The notes beneath the pieces were generated by a model. That model was not told the origin of the DNA. It ran no database searches and worked only from the letters and a program-made list of their open reading frames with translations. Of a stretch of 47,808 nt of DNA, positions 44,802 to 47,808 are shown in pieces. The stretch is taken from the UHGV virus genome UHGV-1373571. One strand, 5' to 3'. Source of the DNA: a virus. The stretch's first letter is position 1. Each line of letters opens with the position of its first letter. Both the position numbers and the translations under genes were made by a program.

Positions 44802-47573
44802 ATGACAATCACCGAAACGCAAAAAACTGCTCAATTAGCAGCAGATGCCGCCGTTAGTGCCGCAGAAGCCAAACAATACATGCTGGAGGCTGAGCAAGGA
44901 TATCAGGATACTAGTGCTGCCGCCCAGCAAGCCCAGGATGCAGCTGGATCAGCTCTTTTATCCAAGCAGAGCGCGGCTACATCAGAAGAAAATTCACTGC
45001 AATATGCAACAGAGGCGGGAGTTGCAAGAGATGAGGCTGTAACAGCAGCATCTAATGCCTCTGAATATGCACTGAACAAGTTCACATTCTATAAAACGCC
45101 GAGCGATCCGGACGGTACAATTGCAGGCCTCGCTGCCACTACAAACGGTCAGTCATTCCGCGTAGCGGAAGGCCCGGGAGCCACAGCGGCTTTCAAAACT
45201 TACGAGAACCAGGATGGGGTGGCCGTGCTGCAGGCTTCTCAGCCAGGCACGGCAGCCATAACAGGGACAATCCGCGAGTTTCCGACGCCGGCGGCTGCGC
45301 AGGCTGATGCAGACGCCGGCAATATTGCAGTTGGAGCAAAATGCCTGGTCGTAAGCTCAGCGGATAACACTATTTCAGATGAGTATATAAATAACTCCGG
45401 AACGGTAACTCCAACTGGGCGTTCTGTCCCGTCCAAGGCATATGCTGATTCTTTAAGCAATGCAATCTATAGTGCGCCAAACGTATTATTCGACCCATTG
45501 TGCGAACAGTTGCTGTCGAACCCCACTCTTGGCGGGAAAACGCATATCCTGCTTGGGACTTTGACAGCGGCGGCATCAACTAACTCAAAAACTGGATTCC
45601 CGGCCATCATTGCTGGCCCGGATTCTGGAGCAATTGCGGCAAGGAGCGTATGGCTCGCTGATTGTGGCATCAACGTTGGTGATGTGATCAATGTAAAAAC
45701 CATCACATGGTATGCAAATGCCGGTGGTCGGATTGCCTATGTTTTCAGGAATTCAAGCGGGACGGCAATAGGCACACAAACTCTTCAATATGCCACTTCA
45801 TCCGGCATAAACATGATGGTGAATACTTTCACCGTGCCATCTACTGCGGTAAGACTTGATTTACGGGTGGAGAATACTGCCAGCGCCGGCCTTGTTGAGC
45901 TGGCTGGTTCTTTTGTCATTGCAGCAAATTCGGTTACCAATAAATTTGTGCCAGGGAGACCGGCATCTCCTTACTCAATCCCATTGAGCACAGATTCTGT
46001 CACAACAGCATCTATTCAGAAGCAGGCAGTAACGGTTGATAAAGCGGCATTTTTTGTTCCTGGTAAAAACCTGTTTGATAAAAGTGCTGTTACGACCGGT
46101 TATTATGTTAATAACTCAACGGGTAATTTGATTGCAAACGCATCGTACTCGGCATCAGATTATATGCCTGTTATCGCAGGACAGAATTACACTCAGAGTT
46201 ACTCGCATCAGACCGCTTTTTACGATGCAAATAAGGTTTACATTTCTGGCGTATTAGCCCTTGGCACCCCAACCACGCCGAGGACTCTACTTGCTCCTGC
46301 TGGGGCTGCTTATGTCAGGATGACCGTCGCAAACACTGTTCTTGATACTACTCAGTTCGAAAAAGGTAGCGAGTCAACGCCGTACCAGGCGTACAGTTTA
46401 TATCTTGACCCGGCACTGATTGATACCTCAAGCTTCAATGTAAATTCAGTGCCTGAATATATTGAGCGAGAGTATCAGCTTAGGGTGACCAGGATGAAGC
46501 TTGCTCAGCTTGAATCCGGGGCATCAGCTATCCTGACCATCGGAATCTTTGGTGATTCCTGGCCAACTCAGCCAAATCGGTTTTCACAGCCATTAGCGAA
46601 GGCGTTGAGAGCAAAGTATGGTGCTGGGCCAGGAGTTGGGTGGACGTCGTTTGGCAGGCACGCCACATCGGAGAACATAATTAACGGTAACGTGTTTTCT
46701 CCGAGCAGTTCAGACGTATTGAAAACATTGTTCACATGGACGGGTAACTGGTTATTTAGCTATAGCGGCACTAAAAACCCAACTAACTCCAGTCCTGATA
46801 CTGCCGTGGTTACGTCATCCACACCAGGGGATGCACTGAAGGCCACTGTACCAGGCACCTCTGACGGCGGGTGGTCAACCTGCAGGCTGGGCTTTGTGGG
46901 TACAAGTGACGGTGTTATTCGATATAACTGGGATGGAGGGGCATGGACGACGCTCAACGTGCAAGGTAGCGGACTGCTGTTTGTTGATATTAACCCACCG
47001 GCTACTGTAAATGCCTCTAATGTGATTAACGTTGAGGTTGTATCTGGCACGGTATCGTTATGTGGGATAAAGCCGATTGGCACTGGCTCTGGTGTGCGCG
47101 TTCATAAGCTTGGCGCATCTGGTTCAAGTCTTGCTTCATGGCTGTCAATGGACGCCACTGATTTCGGAAAGGCTCTCGCCGAGATGGCGTTGGACACCGT
47201 TATCATCCTTACTGGTACAAACGACCAGCGGATCACTGGTGGCGCTACTGCATTTGAAGCTAACCTGCGCGCTTTTATTGCTCGTATCCGGGCGACGTTG
47301 CCCGGCGCTGATATCCTGTTTGTCATGCCATGCGAGAATGAGCGGACTGACAACCCGGTAACGATGGCATCAATGGCAGCCAGGGCCAGGACTGTAGCCT
47401 CAGATCTGAATTGCGCGTTTATAAACCTGCAATATATCTTCGGCGAAAACCCTGCAGATTATGCCTATGGTTCGATACACCCCTGGTTTGCTTCTGACGG
47501 TATCCACCCAGACCCGGCAACTGGAGGTTACCTGATAAAGGATGCCATTTACCGCAGTATGACGTATCGATAG
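44802..47573 (+). CDS. tail fibre/tailspike with a C-terminal SGNH/GDSL hydrolase (esterase) domain
   Basis: 923 aa. The Ala/Gln-rich N-terminus is typical of side tail fibres. The C-terminal block carries GDSW (ILTIGIFGDSWPT), the GTND region and the DGIHP catalytic D-x-x-H of SGNH hydrolases. Confidence 0.7.
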   Translation: MTITETQKTAQLAADAAVSAAEAKQYMLEAEQGYQDTSAAAQQAQDAAGSALLSKQSAATSEENSLQYATEAGVARDEAVTAASNASEYALNKFTFYKTPSDPDGTIAGLAATTNGQSFRVAEGPGATAAFKTYENQDGVAVLQASQPGTAAITGTIREFPTPAAAQADADAGNIAVGAKCLVVSSADNTISDEYINNSGTVTPTGRSVPSKAYADSLSNAIYSAPNVLFDPLCEQLLSNPTLGGKTHILLGTLTAAASTNSKTGFPAIIAGPDSGAIAARSVWLADCGINVGDVINVKTITWYANAGGRIAYVFRNSSGTAIGTQTLQYATSSGINMMVNTFTVPSTAVRLDLRVENTASAGLVELAGSFVIAANSVTNKFVPGRPASPYSIPLSTDSVTTASIQKQAVTVDKAAFFVPGKNLFDKSAVTTGYYVNNSTGNLIANASYSASDYMPVIAGQNYTQSYSHQTAFYDANKVYISGVLALGTPTTPRTLLAPAGAAYVRMTVANTVLDTTQFEKGSESTPYQAYSLYLDPALIDTSSFNVNSVPEYIEREYQLRVTRMKLAQLESGASAILTIGIFGDSWPTQPNRFSQPLAKALRAKYGAGPGVGWTSFGRHATSENIINGNVFSPSSSDVLKTLFTWTGNWLFSYSGTKNPTNSSPDTAVVTSSTPGDALKATVPGTSDGGWSTCRLGFVGTSDGVIRYNWDGGAWTTLNVQGSGLLFVDINPPATVNASNVINVEVVSGTVSLCGIKPIGTGSGVRVHKLGASGSSLASWLSMDATDFGKALAEMALDTVIILTGTNDQRITGGATAFEANLRAFIARIRATLPGADILFVMPCENERTDNPVTMASMAARARTVASDLNCAFINLQYIFGENPADYAYGSIHPWFASDGIHPDPATGGYLIKDAIYRSMTYR

Positions 47574-47646
47574 GTGTAACCACTATTGATCTGCCTGCAG
47601 GATAAAACTACTGTACATAAAAACAGTATTTATCGGAGGGCAGATC

Positions 47647-47808
47647 ATGCACCATCAGTCAGACATCGCCGCGGCGTTCCGCGAGTCGGTATTGCGCAAC
47701 TCCAAAGGCTACCAGTTCCTGCACACAAAGGATTTTGTGTCAGCGCTTCGCCGGCGCGGCATCCACTTTTCCGATGTGGAAGCTAACACCTGGATCGCAC
47801 GCGAGCAG
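47647..47808 (+). CDS. hypothetical protein, 3' partial (runs off the window)
   Basis: ATG at 47647 with a GGAGG RBS. MHHQSDIAAAFRESVLRNSKGYQFLHTKDFVSALRRRGIHFSDVEANTWIAREQ... Confidence 0.4.
   Translation, partial: MHHQSDIAAAFRESVLRNSKGYQFLHTKDFVSALRRRGIHFSDVEANTWIAREQ

Overview
This window is almost entirely one mosaic temperate prophage, probably from Klebsiella or Enterobacter given the enterobacterial codon usage. Outside the left boundary sits a divergent UmuD-like ORF (45..395). The prophage starts with a P4-type integrase and an AlpA-type excisionase on the minus strand. A leftward early operon follows, carrying an HNH/AP2 endonuclease, a TraR-type zinc finger, a Dcm-type C5 cytosine methyltransferase, an MT-A70 adenine methyltransferase, and lambda-Red-like exo, bet and gam genes. 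The immunity region runs OL, then an IS3-family insertion sequence (8196..9424, 3-bp duplication GGA), then a 309-aa KilA-N-like gene in the rexAB position, then the cI-like S24 repressor, OR, and cro and cII homologues. Next come a lambda O-like initiator whose coding region holds four iterons plus an A-rich origin, a DnaB-type helicase, a nin-like region with NinB, NinG, an Ead/Ea22-like protein, an HNH endonuclease and a DUF551 protein, and a Q-position gene followed by a tR'-like terminator. The lysis cassette has a dual-start pinholin-like holin, a SAR endolysin and nested Rz/Rz1. It is followed by an HExxH metallopeptidase-like ORF, terminase small and large subunits, portal, MuF-like head protein, scaffold/protease, decoration-like protein and major capsid protein. 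The tail module is of contractile type: sheath, tube, a frameshifted chaperone, a tape measure with a lytic transglycosylase domain, baseplate genes and two tail fibres. One fibre is Gly-rich. The other (923 aa) ends in an SGNH/GDSL esterase domain. Two terminator-flanked morons interrupt the tail genes: a Rha-like regulator, and an AT-rich secreted 262-aa protein of unknown function. The strongest candidates for new biology are the KilA-N-like gene co-located with cI, which I read as a BstA-like abortive-infection candidate, the AT-rich secreted moron, a strongly RBS-supported 37-aa antisense membrane peptide at the end of the lysis cassette, and an ORF-free structured region between two terminators downstream of Q. 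No tRNA, rRNA or CRISPR array was found.
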